The notes under the pieces: generated by a model | Seen by the model: only the letters and a program-made list of their open reading frames with translations | Told to the model about the DNA's origin: nothing | Database searches by the model: none | Part shown: one piece after another, positions 36,825 through 49,731 of the stretch | Layout of the letters: every line of letters starts with the position of its first letter | How positions within the stretch are numbered: the stretch's first letter is position 1 | Position numbers and translations under genes: made by a program | DNA from: Antechinus flavipes | Lineage: Eukaryota | Length of the DNA stretch: 64,000 nucleotides | Direction of reading: 5' to 3' | Assembly (NCBI RefSeq): GCF_016432865.1 | Contig: NC_067398.1 | Location: 726,330,001 to 726,394,000 of the forward strand

Positions 36825-37200
36825 GGGTCCTGCAGCGCCCCCTAGCAGCTCCCAGTGGCACATTCCTCTCCAGGCCCTGCAGCGCCTTCTAGCTGCCCAT
36901 CCCTCTCCATGCCCTGCAGCGCCCCCTAGCTGCCCATCCCTCTCCCGGCTCTGCAGCGCCCCCTAGCTGCCCATCCCTCTCCAGGCCCTGCAGCACCCCT
37001 AGCTGCCCATCCCTCTCCAGGCCCTGCAGCACCCCTAGCTGCCCATCCCTCTCCAGGCCCTGCAGCGCCCCCTAGCTGCCCATCCCTTTCCATGCCCTGC
37101 AGCACCCCTAGCTACACATCCATCTCCCGGCTCTGCAGCGCCCCCTAGCAGCTCCCAGTGGCACATCCCCCTCCAGGCTCTGCAGCGCCTCCTAGCGGCA
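36825..37200 (+). repeat. ~36-37-bp minisatellite (CCCTGCAGCGCCCCCTAGCTGCCCATCCCTCTCCAGG)
   Basis: About 10 units; the minus strand carries CTAGGGGGCGC. Confidence 0.92.
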
Positions 37201-37239
37201 GGTCCCTCTCAGGTCAAGCCTATTTGGCAGGATCCTTGA

Positions 37240-37788
<549 letters not shown>

Positions 37789-40317
37789 TAGGCCAGGATC
37801 CCCGCCCCGTCCTCAGGCTCCTTCCGTAAGGGACCCCCGCTCCTCCCGGAGAGAGGATGGGGGGATGCGAAGCGGCCGATGACTCGGCGGGATACGTTCA
37901 CAGCTGGTTTCCGGGTGGGCTCGAAGGGGCTCCGGGGTGTTCCACTGGCCTGGAAGCAGACAGAGTAGCTTTCAAACCCAGCCTCAGCTATCTCCTGACT
38001 TGCTGTCCCCGAGCAAAGCATTTTCCTGCTGCTTGCCTCGGTTTCCTCATATATAAAATGGGGATCATCCTAACAACTCCCTCGCCAGGCTCTGTAAGGA
38101 TCAAGTAAGGTCTTGCTTGCAAAGGGCCGGGTGGAGCCTCCCAGCCCCTGGGAACAGTAGCTCTTCAGGGCCGTCGGGGCAGGTCTGCGGTGAGTGTGGC
38201 GGGGCTCGGACCCGGGCTTTGGGCTGCTGAACTCTCGGGCGTCGGGCTGGGAGGCAGGAAGAACTTCCTGGTGACCAAGGGCGCTTCCCGGAAGCCCTCA
38301 GCAGGCTCAGCTTCAGGTCGGACCGGACGGGAACCTCCGGAAAGCCTCCTGAGGAGAAGCTCGCGGGCCGGTCCCGGGCAGACGACGTCCCAGAATGCAA
38401 AGCTGATTCTGTCGGCAGGCGGGAAGAAACATCCCTCCCCGACCGCCCGGGAGCCCCCCTTGGGCAAGTGCGGCACGGGGGGCACCTCTGCTCCCCCGGG
38501 GACCGGTCAATAAACTGGGACGGAAACCAAGAAGCAGGGAGGGGAGGGCGGGACGTTGTGGAGAGTCCGTTTCTTGTGATTCAGCCGGATGCGGCACCAC
38601 GAGCCATGCAACGTGGACAGGGGACTCCACGCGCCCCGCATGCGGGCGGCACTGATTTTATCTCCACTAGGAGGCAGAGGCCACGGATGGCCCCCTCGGG
38701 AGGCCCCCGGCATCGGTCCCTCGGCAGATGGAGAGAGGAAGCCGGAGGCAAGGCCGGGGGGAGCAGGCGCTCGCTCGTAACCGCGGGAGAAGGGAGAAGG
38801 GCCGTGGGAGGGGAGGGGGCCGTCGTCCCATCAATCAGGAGAGCGGCTTCCAGACAGCTCGGCGAGGAGCTTCACGTCGCGCACGTGCCAGGGGCATCCG
38901 AGGACGAAAGTGGAAGGGGGCGAGCCGGGGCGATGGACGAGAGCTGCGCCACCCCCCGTTCTCGCCCCCCCAGCCGGGGAGCCCCCCCCAGGCCCCATCA
39001 CCACGTCAGGGGAACGCCACGGAGCCCCCTCTGCCCTGGAGTGGAAAGGGTTGGGGGTTGGGGAGGACGAAGCATTCCCTTTACGAAAGCTCGGCCCCCG
39101 GGTCTCCCAGCGGCGCGCCGTGGGGGGGCAGATTCCCGCACTGCCGGAAGCCGAACAACAGAGATGCCCCCGGGCCCGACCACGGGGCCACGGCCAGGGT
39201 CGGTGCTGCAGGGGAGCGGGCGGGGTCCGCCAGGGTTCTCCCGCCACACATGAGAACTGCCCCCCTTCCTGTGGCCGCTCGAGGCTGCGGAGCAGGAGCC
39301 CGCCAGCCCAGGGCAGCGCAGAGCCTCCCGGGAGAGGTCTGGGAAGAAGCTGGATCTGACCACCCTGGAAGGACCAAGGGGGGGGGGCTCTGCAGCGCAG
39401 TCACTGACCAGCAGAAGCGTGTGGGGATCTGGATGGCGGCGGCTCCGTGCTGACCTGGCGTGGGGAGTTGGGGGGGGGGGCTGGGGGTCTCTGGAGGAGC
39501 CCAGGCCGGTGCAAGCTACGCCCAGCATCCCAGAATGCCCAGGAAAAGCCCGCCCTCCCTCCCCCTCTGGGGACAGGCCGGGGAGCCCCCGAGCAGGGCC
39601 CACGCTCTCCCCGGTGTCGGGGTGACGCCGTTTCAGCCGCAGACCGGGTGAGGAGCTCTGGCTTTGGGGGCCGGCCGGTGCCGAGGGCCACGGACTCCCC
39701 GCAGGCACCGGGGCTGAACTGGGAGCTCCGGGGGCACCGATCGGTGCCTTTAGTACAAGCCGAAGCAAGGCCCAGTGAGGAAGAGGGGCCCAGAGGGGAG
39801 CAGCGAGGGACCCCGGGGATCCTCCCCAGCAAGGACTGGGATTAGGGCCGGGATCAGGGGCACACAGGCCGGGATGCCCTGGAAGGAGGGGCAGCGTGGC
39901 CCAGAAGTCTGCTCAATCTGCTCCCTGATCTGGGGTGCAGGGGACAGGAGGGAAGGGTCCTCGGGAGGGGAAGGGCGGCCCAGAGGATGAATCAGCCCAA
40001 GGCACAGAGACCCGGAACTCAGGCTGAGAACCCCGGGGGGGGGGCTGCCCCCCCAGCTGAGCCGGGCCCCTGGAGGCTGAGAACCCCAGCGCTGTCCGGG
40101 CCCCCAGCTCAGAACAGGCTTTCCAGTCGCTTCCTGCCTGACTCCAGAGCCCCCGCTCGGAGCGGCATAGCCCACGCCGAGGACCGGGCCTCCCTGTGAG
40201 CGGAGGCCGAGACAGGCTGGCCGCGGAGGGCGCTCGGATCTCACGGGGAGTTTGGGCTTCCAGAGAGCCCCGGGGCCCCTTCCCTAGGGACACCCTGCCC
40301 TCGGGGACACCGGACCC

Positions 40318-40512
40318 CCGGGGCTTCGGGCTCATGGGGGCCTCGGGCTCAGGGGGGCCTTGGGATCTGGGGGGCCTCGGGCTCAGGGGGACCTCGGGTT
40401 CAGGGGGGCCTCGGGCTCAGGGGGGCCTTGGGATCGGGGGGGCCTCGGGCTCAGGGGGACCTCGGGTTCAGGGGGGCTTCGGGCTCAGGGGGGCCTCGAG
40501 CTCGGGAGGCCT
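40318..40512 (+). repeat. G-rich ~15/30-bp minisatellite (CGGGCTCAGGGGGGCCT)
   Basis: Read directly. Confidence 0.85.
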
Positions 40513-41335
40513 CGGGGCCAGGCTGGGAGGGCAGCATTGGCTGGGTTGGAAGAGGTGCGTCCCAGTCACGGCAGGAAGCCCCGGATGGTCTGGGAAGCCC
40601 CTGGGGGCCGGAGGCCGGGGTGCTCTCAGTCTGCCCTTCTGGAGGGGGGGAGACACACCCAGAAGGGGAAGCACCGGGTCAGTCAGTCAGCGAGCCATCT
40701 GGAGGTAGTGGCAGCCACGGCGGATTGAGGGAGACTCCAGCCTCGCCTCTGAGCCCACTCCCAGAGATACAGCGTTTAACTGCTGGGCTGGGGGGGAGCC
40801 AGAGCGCTCGTGGTGGGGCGGGGGGGCAGCTGGATCCGAGGCCCTGGGTGGGGGAGAAGGGGAGAGGGCCAAAGAGCACTCGTGCTCCATCCTGGAGGGA
40901 GGAGGGTCAGGGGCAGCTGGTGCTTGGGAAGACCCCCTTGGTACCGAATGAGCGATGGGTTGGAGCAGGGAGAGACTGAGGCAGGCAGCCCCCCAGCAGC
41001 TGTGGCCTAGTCCTGGGGCCGGGGAGGGGAGCCTGTAGGGGGCAGGGTCAGAAGAGAGAAGGGGGGGGTTGGGGAGATGCCCCCAAAGTGAAATTGCCAG
41101 GCCCCGGCACCATATTGGATCTGGGGGTGAGAGGGAGGGGGGCCCTGGGGCGCTGGAGAGACGGGGGCGCCCTTGGCGGGAGCAGGGAGGGGGAGGGGGC
41201 CTCGGGGCAGTGGGGGCCGCGTCCAGAGGAGGCCCATGGGAGAAGGGAGGCAGAGGGGTAGTAGCCCAGGGGGTCTGGGGGAGGGGAGTGAAGGCCCTTG
41301 CCACCGCCTTCCCTGAGGGCGCCCCCTTTCCTCAG

Positions 41336-41505
41336 GCCACGTACTACATGGAAGGCACCTTGGGGCACCCCGTGTTCCAGACCCCCTTTGGGCGGATTGC
41401 TGTGAACATCTGCTATGGCCGCCACCACCCTCTCAACTGGCTCATGTACAGTCTGAACGGGGCCGAAATCATCTTTAACCCTTCGGCCACCATCGGGAAA
41501 CTCAG
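41336..41505 (+). CDS. UPB1: UPB1 exon 6 ([14 protein letters not shown]...[12 protein letters not shown]...ATIGKL), catalytic Cys
   Basis: 170 nt, CCTCAG|GCC...CTCAG|GTGGGG; ICYGRH nucleophile motif. Confidence 0.97.
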
Positions 41506-41654
41506 GTGGGGAGGGGCCCGGGGCAGGGGGGCGGGGAGGGTGGCCGAGCCCCCGTGAGAGCCGGGCTCCCCTGGGGAGAGGGACGTCCGCCGGGCTCTCC
41601 GGGCAGCAGAACACAGAGGGATGCAGGGAGAGACAGGTGGCCCCCGTGGGGACA

Positions 41655-42482
41655 GGGAGAGGTCACATGGAGACACGGAGACGCGGAGACACGGAGACAC
41701 GGACGGGTCACATGGAGACACAGACAGGTCACACACGGAGACACGGACGGGTCACACACAGAGACACGGAGACACGGACGGGTCACACAGAGACACAGAG
41801 ACACGGACGGGTCACACAGAGACACAGAGACACGGACGGGTCACATGGAGACACGGAGATACGGACGGGTCACACGGAGACACGGACGGGTCACACAGAG
41901 ACACGGAGATACAGACGGGTCACACGGAGACACAGATGGGTCACACACAGAGACATGGACCGGTCATGGATGGGTCACATGGAGACACAGAGACTCGGAC
42001 GGGTCACACGGAGACACGGAGACGCGGACGGGTCACACGGAGACACGGACGGGTCACACACAGAGACATGGACCGGTCATGGACGGGTCACATGGAGACA
42101 CAGAGACTCGGACGGGTCACACGGAGACACAGATGGGTCACACACAGAGACATGGACCGGTCATGGATGGGTCACATGGAGACACAGAGACTCGGACGGG
42201 TCACACGGAGACACGGAGACGCGGACGGGTCACACGGAGACACGGACGGGTCACACACAGAGACATGGACCGGTCATGGACGGGTCACATGGAGACACAG
42301 AGACTCGGACGGGTCACACGGAGACACAGATGGGTCACACACGGAGACATGGAGACGCGGATGGGTCACACACAGAGACACGGACCGGTCATGGATGGGT
42401 CACATGGAGACACGGAGACACGGACGGGTCACACGGAGACACGGAGACACAGACGGGTCACACGGAGACACGGACGGGTCAC
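41655..42482 (+). repeat. complex minisatellite built from GGAGACAC / GGACGGGTCACAC subunits
   Basis: Read directly; gives spurious open frames in all three plus-strand frames. Confidence 0.95.
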
Positions 42483-43824
42483 CGATGGTCACTCGTGGTC
42501 AGTCAGTTGACCAGTCAGTCAGCACTTTCTCCCCGGAAGCTGGAAGGACCTGAGCTACAGCTGACTCCCGGCCTAGAGGGGAGGGGGGAGGGATAAGCGT
42601 GTGCCGGGCAGACTTCTGGGGGCCTCCCTGGTCTGGGCGCTCTCCCGCGGGGCTCCGAGGCCCCACATCCCTGGCGCTCCCCTCCTGAACTCCCCAGGAA
42701 GTCGTGTGGGAAGGGCTTCCATCAAACTCTGGAAAGTTTTGTCAGCCTGGCAGGTGGGCGGGGGCGGGAGGGCGCAGAGGAGCCGCGTGAACTCGGGGCT
42801 GCGGGGAGGCTGCGCCTGTTCCCGCCGCCCACCGGCCTCCTCCGCGCAGGGGGCGGGAGCCGGCCCTGCCAGCCCCTGTCTGTCACCGCAGGGAGGAAGA
42901 TGGCAGCCCTGCCCCCACCTGTCACTCAGCCTGCCTGCGGGGGCGGCTCAGCTGCCACCGAGATACCTGGGAAGACGAGCCGGCAGCTCGGGGCTGTCCT
43001 CAGAGCTGGGGGAGGGGGGAGACAGGCCCCGCCCCCGGGCCCCCGGAATCCGCCTCCTCCCCCCCGCCTCTTGGGGGCAGCGTTGAGCAGGGGCCTCGAG
43101 GGGGTGAGGCTGGGCTGTCATAGCCACGGGGGCAGGAGCTGCCGGGGCCAAGGAGGGAAGGGACAGAGAGGCCCCGGGGCCGTGTCTCCCCACCGAGAGC
43201 TGCCCTGGGTGGCCGCCTCCTGCTGCAGAGTCCCCAGAACCGGGGGCCCCCTGGGGTGGGGGCGGGGAAGGTCAGTCCTGGCTGCCCCGCCCCCATCCTC
43301 CCCAGGCTGCCAGAGGCCACAAGCCCCCGCTGCCCGCGGCTCCAGAAGCTCCGTGGCTCCCCCCTGCCCCTGCCTCGGGCCCCGGCTTGGGTCCCCAGTA
43401 GAGTTTCGGCTCCTTGACAGAGGGAAGGCCTTTATTTGCCTTTATTTAGCCCGGGGGCCGCCACACGCCTGGTCCACTGTGGCCCCCCAGGGAGCGAAAG
43501 GGAAATGGGAATGAGGGAGAGAGCAAAAGGCATCTGGGGGGGGCAGGAGCCGGGAGAGGTGGACGCTTCCCCCCCCCCACTCCCCCCTCCCCCCCGCAGA
43601 GCTGGCGGGGGCGGGAGGCGAGGGCGGGGGGGGGGGGGGTTGAGGAGGCCGGCAGAGCTGATGGGGGCGAGGGCGGGGTGGGGGTGGGGGGGGGCCGGCA
43701 GAGCTGATGGGGGCGAGGGCGGAGGGGAGGGGCCGGCAGAGCTAAGCGGGTGGGGGAGCGAGGGCGGGGACGGGCGCCGGCCTTCCAGGACCCTGGACAG
43801 CGGACCCAGCCCCGGCCAGGCTGA

Positions 43825-43977
<153 letters not shown>

Positions 43978-44262
43978 TGAGTGCGCGCGGGATCCGCGGC
44001 TGAACTGTCCGTGTGCAGGACACAAGGAAGAGAATTTTGCTTCCTTTGGAGTCTCGGAGGGGCCCCGCCCCCCTCCCCGCTGGCGCCCCTGGCCGCCGGG
44101 TCTTTGCCGCCCCCGATTTGCACCCACGAGAGCAGCCGCGGCCCTGCGTGGAGGTGCTGAGCTCCCTGTCACCTGAGGGCTCCCGGATGATGCCCTTTTC
44201 AGTGGCGCTGCCGGGCCAGGGGCTGGTGGGGGCTCCCCCCTTCAGCCTCTTCTTCTCCCTAG

Positions 44263-44305
44263 GAGCACTTTCCGCGAGAGTTCACGTCTGGGGATGGAAA
44301 ACCAG
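44263..44305 (+). CDS. UPB1: UPB1 exon 8 ([14 protein letters not shown])
   Basis: 43 nt, CCCTAG|GAG...CCAG|GTAGGT. Confidence 0.95.
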
Positions 44306-44369
44306 GTAGGTTCCGGTGTGTGTGCACGTGTCCTCAGGGGGACTGGGGAAGGAGCCGGCCCTGCAGGAG

Positions 44370-45012
44370 GGGTAGGGCGTGTGTGTGAACACGCAGTGTG
44401 TGCACGTGTGTGCATGGGGAACTGCAATGTGTGTGTGCATGGGGCATGTGCATGGGGTGTGTACATTGTGTGCACGAGCGTGTGTGCATTGTGTGCACGG
44501 GTGTATGTGTGTGCGTTGTGTGCATGGGCGTGTGTGCATGGGTGTGTGTGTGCATTGTGTGCACGTGTGTGTGTGCATTGTGTGCACGCGTGTGTGTGTG
44601 TGCATTGTGTGCACGAGCGTGTGTGCATTGGGTGCACGGGCGTGTGTGCATGGGTGTGTGTGTGCATTGTGTGCACGTGTGTGTGTGCATTGTGTGCACG
44701 CGTGTGTGTGCATTGTGTGCACTTGTGTGTGTGTGCATTGTGTGCACACGTGTGTGTGCACGGGTGTGTGTGTGCATTGTGTGCACGCGTGTGTGTGCAC
44801 GGGTGTGTGTGTGCATTGTGTGCACGAGCGTGTGTGCATTGTGTGCACGGGCGTGTGTGCATGGGTGTGTGTGTGCATTGTGTGCACGTGTGTGTATGCA
44901 TTGTGTGCACGTGTGTGTGTGCATTGTGTGCACGCGTGTGTGTGCATTGTGTGCACTTGTGTGTGTGTGCATTGTGTGCACGCGCGCGTGTGTGTACACC
45001 GGTGTGTGCACG
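44370..45012 (+). repeat. TG-rich minisatellite (GTGTGCATTGTGTGCAC) filling UPB1 intron 8
   Basis: Read directly. Confidence 0.95.
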
Positions 45013-45080
45013 TGGGGGGGAAGCTCCCCGCAGCCTCCTCTCGCCCCCAACCACGCCTCTCACCCCCCCCCCCCCCCCAG

Positions 45081-45235
45081 CGCACCGTGACTTTGGCTAC
45101 TTCTATGGCTCGAGCTACGTGAGCGCCCCAGACGGCAGCAGGAGCCCGGGCCTGTCCCGCACCAGAGACGGCCTCCTGGTGGCCCAGCTGGACCTCAACC
45201 TCTGCCGGCAGATGAGTGACATCTGGAACTTTAAG
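45081..45235 (+). CDS. UPB1: UPB1 exon 9 ([19 protein letters not shown]...DIWNFK)
   Basis: 155 nt, C16-AG|CG...AAG|GTCTGC. Confidence 0.96.
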
Positions 45236-45879
45236 GTCTGCGCCCCCCTCCCTGTCCCTGCCCTCGGGGTGGGCCCCAGGAGGAGGGCTGGGGAGGACTG
45301 AGGTGAAGGAAGAGAGGGATCCTGGGAAGCTGGGGGAGAAGAGGGCAGCCAGGACAAAAGCCCGGAGGCTGGACTGAAGGCTGCCTCAGGGTGGGGAGAA
45401 ATCAGTCCCGAGCTTCCTGGAGGATAGGAGGCAGGGGGCAAGCAGTGAGGGGGAGGAGCAGGGGAGCCGGGAGGGGGAGGGGAAGGACTGTGGGGGTGGG
45501 AGTGGGGTGGAAAAGCAGGGCTGCAGACTGGAAGGGAGACTAGCTGCAGGGCCTGGGCATGATCCTGCTGCTCCCTTTGACCCCGGAGGCGGGCAAGCAG
45601 TGCACTGATTAGGCACTTAGTGTGTGCCTGGCCCTGTGCTAAACACAAAAACACAATCCTGGGAGTACAAACACTTGGAAAAATGGGGACGGTCCGACCT
45701 TGAGGAGGGCCTCCAGTGGGGTCCCGGAGAGGCCGGGAGGCCGGCCTCCCCATCCCCGGAGGTTCCAGCAGCCTGCTGCACACAGTAGGTGCCCCGGAGT
45801 TCTGCAGGCCAGGACCACGTGGCTGGGAATGTTTGGGATAAAACCTTGGCAGCCCCAAACACACCAGTGACCCGGGGAG

Positions 45880-46140
45880 GGGGGGTTGTGGGGCTTACTA
45901 AGCACCTACTGTGTGCCACCCACGGGGCTGAGCACCTTCCAAATTTTGTCTCCCTGATCGTCAGCCAGGGATGGAAGTGTTCTTATTCTGCCCTTGTTAA
46001 GGGTGAGGAAACCGAGATAGGAGGACTTGCCCACGGTCCTGTAGCTAGTAAGTGTATGAGGCTGGATTTGATCTCAGATCCCTCTGAGTCTAGACCTGAC
46101 CCTCTGCACACTGTGGTGCAATGCCGGAGAAACTGAGGCA
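45880..46140 (-). mobile_element. MIR/CORE-SINE fragment
   Basis: GAGGAAACCGAG..GACTTGCCCACGGTC...GCTAGTAAGTG..GAGGCTGGATTTGATCTCAG is the reverse-strand MIR-type pattern. Confidence 0.55.
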
Positions 46141-46576
46141 AGACAGAGATTAGAGAGTATTTAAGGATTTATTTGAAAGGGACCCAGTGGATCCATGTTT
46201 GGTCCCAGGGCTGAAGGAGACTACGGTCTCCAAGAATCCAGCAAACAAGGAGAGTTCTCAAGGGCACCCACATGGCTCAGACGCAGGGCACAGACCGAGG
46301 CAGGGGCAGAGTCAGGTGCTGAGAGTGGGAACGGGGCTCTGTCTCCTTCCCCCCCCTCCCCAACCTTCCCCAGTGACCCCCAGAGCCTGCCTCCAGGACG
46401 GAGGCCGCAGAGGGTGCAGAAGCCCCCGGGAGCCTCTCCGCTGCAGCCTCCTTCTGGACACAGGGCCGGCTCCGGCCCCTCTAGGAGCCCTCATTATGCC
46501 TCAGCTGGACAAGGGTTCCCCTCCCCTGGTAGCGCACAGCTGGCCGGGGGCAGAGCAGCCCATCTCGTTCCCTCAG

Positions 46577-46660
46577 ATGACCGGGCGCTACGGGATGTAC
46601 GCAGAGGAGCTGGCCAGGGCGTCCCAGCCGGACTACGAGCCCCACATCATCAAGGAGTAG
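46577..46660 (+). CDS. UPB1: UPB1 exon 10 (MTGRYGMYAEELARASQPDYEPHIIKE*)
   Basis: 84 nt, CCTCAG|ATG...TAG; the ten exons sum to 1155 nt = 384 aa. Confidence 0.96.
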   Translation: MTGRYGMYAEELARASQPDYEPHIIKE

Positions 46661-46737
46661 AAGGCCGGGCCGGGCAGGGCCCAGAAGAGTCAGTCCCTGT
46701 CTGCTGGCACCTGTGCCTTCCCACAGAGCTCTTCCTG

Positions 46738-47482
46738 GGAGCACTTCCCACGTGGCCCTTCCCTCAGAGCACTTCCCGCGTGACCCTTCCCTCGGAGCAC
46801 TTCCCACGTGGCCCTTCCCTCAGAGCACTTCCCGCGTGACCCTTCCCTCGGGGCACTTCCCGCGTGGCCCTTCCCTCGGAGCACTTCCCGCGTGGCCCTT
46901 CCCTCGGAGCACTTCCCGCGTGGCCCTTCCCTCGGAGCACTTCCCGCGTGGCCCTTCCCTCGGAGCACTTCCCGCGTGGCCCTTCCCTCGGAGCACTTCC
47001 CGCGTGGCCCTTCCCTCGGAGCACTTCCCGCATGACCCTTCCCTCGGAGCACTTCCCGCGTGGCCCTTCCCTCAGAGCACTTCCCGCGTGGCCCTTCCCT
47101 CAGAGCATTTCCCGCGTGACCCTTCCCTCGGAGCACTTCCCGCATGACCCTTCCCTCAGAGCATTTCCCACATGGCCCTTCCCTCAGAGCACTTCCCACG
47201 TGACCCTTCCCTCGGGGAGCACTTCCCACATGGCCCTTCCCTCAGAGCACTTCCCGCGTGACCCTTCCCTCGGGGCACTTCCCGCGTGACCCTTCCCTCA
47301 GAGCATTTCCCGCGTGACCCTTCCCTCAGAGCACTTCCCGCGTGGCCCTTCCCTCAGAGCACTTCCCGCGTGGCCCTTCCCTCAGAGCATTTCCCGCGTG
47401 ACCCTTCCCTCGGAGCACTTCCCACGTGGCCCTTCCCTCGGGGAGCACTTCCCATGTGGCCCTTCCCTGGGAGCACTTCCCT
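46738..47482 (+). repeat. 28-bp minisatellite (GAGCACTTCCCGCGTGGCCCTTCCCTCG), ~26 copies, in the UPB1 3'UTR
   Basis: Read directly; lies between the stop codon and the AATAAA. Confidence 0.96.
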
Positions 47483-47645
47483 GCATAGCCGGGCTCAGAC
47501 TGGCCGCCACAACAGGATCCCCTTCAGGCTGCCTGAAGCCCTGGGGGCCTGATCCTTCTTGCTGGGGGCCCCAAAGCAGCCCAGTGTCCCCTGACCCCAC
47601 CCCGCCCTATCCTACACCCTGGTCTCATGTATGCAGAAGGTGCTT

Positions 47646-47651
47646 AATAAA
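47646..47651 (+). terminator. UPB1: UPB1 poly(A) signal AATAAA
   Basis: First AATAAA seen after the stop codon. Confidence 0.65.
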
Positions 47652-49731
47652 CATCTGAAGGAACAAAGGCTCTGAGGCAAATGCAAGGCCGCTCTTCCCC
47701 ACGTCCCGCCTCAGGGACCTCCTGGCTGGGAAGCTGGGGCTTCAGCCTGTCTCCTGGCTGGCCCACATGGGCCACTTGGGGTCTCTGGGAGCCGCTGGGC
47801 AGAGCGCCGGCGGGAGGCCCTTCCCAGCACCAAGGCGGGTCTGTGTGAGCTGCAGTTCCACTAGGGGTGGGAATGAGGGGGGGGTGGCTCGGGAAACTCC
47901 CACAAGCTTCCGGACCCCCAAGCCCGCCTCCTTCGGACAAGGTCAGAAGGCCTGGAACTTTTCTGGGAGCTTCTGCTTCTGCTGTCCCTCAAACCCTCTA
48001 ATCTATTGGGGTAAATGAGGGACCCCCAGTCACCAAGAAAGGCGGCCTGCAAGTCCGGAGGAGGCCTGGAGGGAGCAGCATTGTTCCAAGAGGATCAGGG
48101 GTGGGCCGAGCTCAGATCTGGCTGGGACCCCGAACCACAGAGCTGCAAGTCAGACGTCCCCGCCGACTGGCAGGAAGCCCCGCTTGGGGACTGGGGAGCT
48201 CCCTTCTTGAGGAAAGCCCATTCCCCACCGGGATGGCTAGTGCTCAGAGCAGGAAGTTCCCCCTCTCCCCCCTCAGAGCTTCGTTCAGAGCCCCCCTGAG
48301 CCTGCCTCTCTCTCACCCACACGGCAGTTGGAGTGGGACTTGCCCAGGGTCCTCACCTGAGCCTTCTCTGCAGCCACATAACCCTGTTCGTCCTCCTGGG
48401 TGGGGCCCCAAGTCCCTGCTGCCTCCTTGGGTGCCCCCTCCCGTCCCTGTGACCCCAGTCTCCCAGACTTAGGGGGGGAGGGCTCCGTGGGAGGGGAGAG
48501 GCTTCTGCCCTGGGCAGGTCTCTGGGCGGGCAGCATTAGGCTCACCTCTTCAGGTAGGATCTCGGGGCTTGGCCCTTAAAGTCTGGTAAACAGTAAGGGC
48601 ATACTCTATGCTTGTGGGCTGAAGGAGTCTGGAGAATATGGGGGGCCCGAATGTCTGAGAGGTCCTCACAGCCCCAGGGAGGAGCTACCCCAGGTAGCCT
48701 TGGAGGGGTCCCTGGAGGGACAGGCGGAGCTGGCTGCCCTCCCCCGCAGGCCCCCACAGTGGGCTTCCCTAAGATCCCTGGAGAATAAGCCATTTCGGCC
48801 AGATTTGAGAAGGGGATTTGCCAAGGCCCCCCTCCAAGTCCCCGCCCCCATTCCTGGGTGAGCTTAGTGAGTCAGGGGCTTCTGGGCAGCTACTAGAAGT
48901 CCCAAATCCTCCAGGAAAAGGCATAGGGTCATGGGGGGGTCCCCCCCGCCCCCCGCAACGTTTATTAAGCGCCAGCTGTGTGCCTGCATGTGCTAAGTGT
49001 TTCACAGGGTCTCGGTCCGGCCGGGGGAGTGCTTCCCACAGTGGCCCCGGGGAGAGCTCCCCACCGGCTAGACTGAGGCAGACACATGCGAAGTTCCTTA
49101 CGGGAATCCCACAGGGAAGTGGGCGGGGGCAAGTCTGAGGTCTTCCTGCGGGGGAGGGGGCTCCGGCGCTTGGCTCGGGCCATTTTAGGCCCTTCGAGGG
49201 GCCCGGCTCCGACCCAGGTGAGCCCGATTCCACCCGGCCTGGGAAGTGCGGGGGAGCTGCGGCTGGTGCTCGGGGCTGAAGATGGCGGGGAGGGGGTGGC
49301 AGGGGAGCAGGCGCCCCCTCCTGACTGGGGGCGGGGCTTCCCGTCAGATAGGAGGCGAAGTCTCTGCGGGGGGCGCCGGGCAGCAGCCACGCCGGACTGG
49401 TGAGCGCGCTCTCCCGGCCGGGGCCTGAGGGGCCCGAGGGGGAGGGAGGAGAGCGCCCCAGCGCGGGAGGCAGCCGCGGGCGCCGGAGGGGGAGCCGTTC
49501 CCGGGTGGTGGGAGGGGCGAGGAGGCAGCGCTTCCCCGTGGGGCGGAGCTCCTCGGCCGGGGGCGGGGTTTGGATGGCGGGAAAGGGCCGGAGCGTGGGT
49601 GGCAGGATTCGGAGGGGCCCAGCCCCCCGGGGCAGCCCGGACTCAGGACGTGTCGCTGCTGGAGGCCTCCCGGGAAAGGGGCGGCGGCCCGAGCCCTCGC
49701 TGGGACCCGGCTCAGTCCGGGAGAGGTGGCG

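Noticed and set aside
41506-42596. 310-334-aa His/Gly/Thr-rich ORFs
   Set aside because: Intronic minisatellite that happens to lack stops in several frames.
44242-45301. Cys/Val- and His/Thr-rich ORFs (metallothionein-like look)
   Set aside because: Translation of (TG)n-like repeat; only 45081-45235 and the end of exon 8 are real UPB1 coding sequence.
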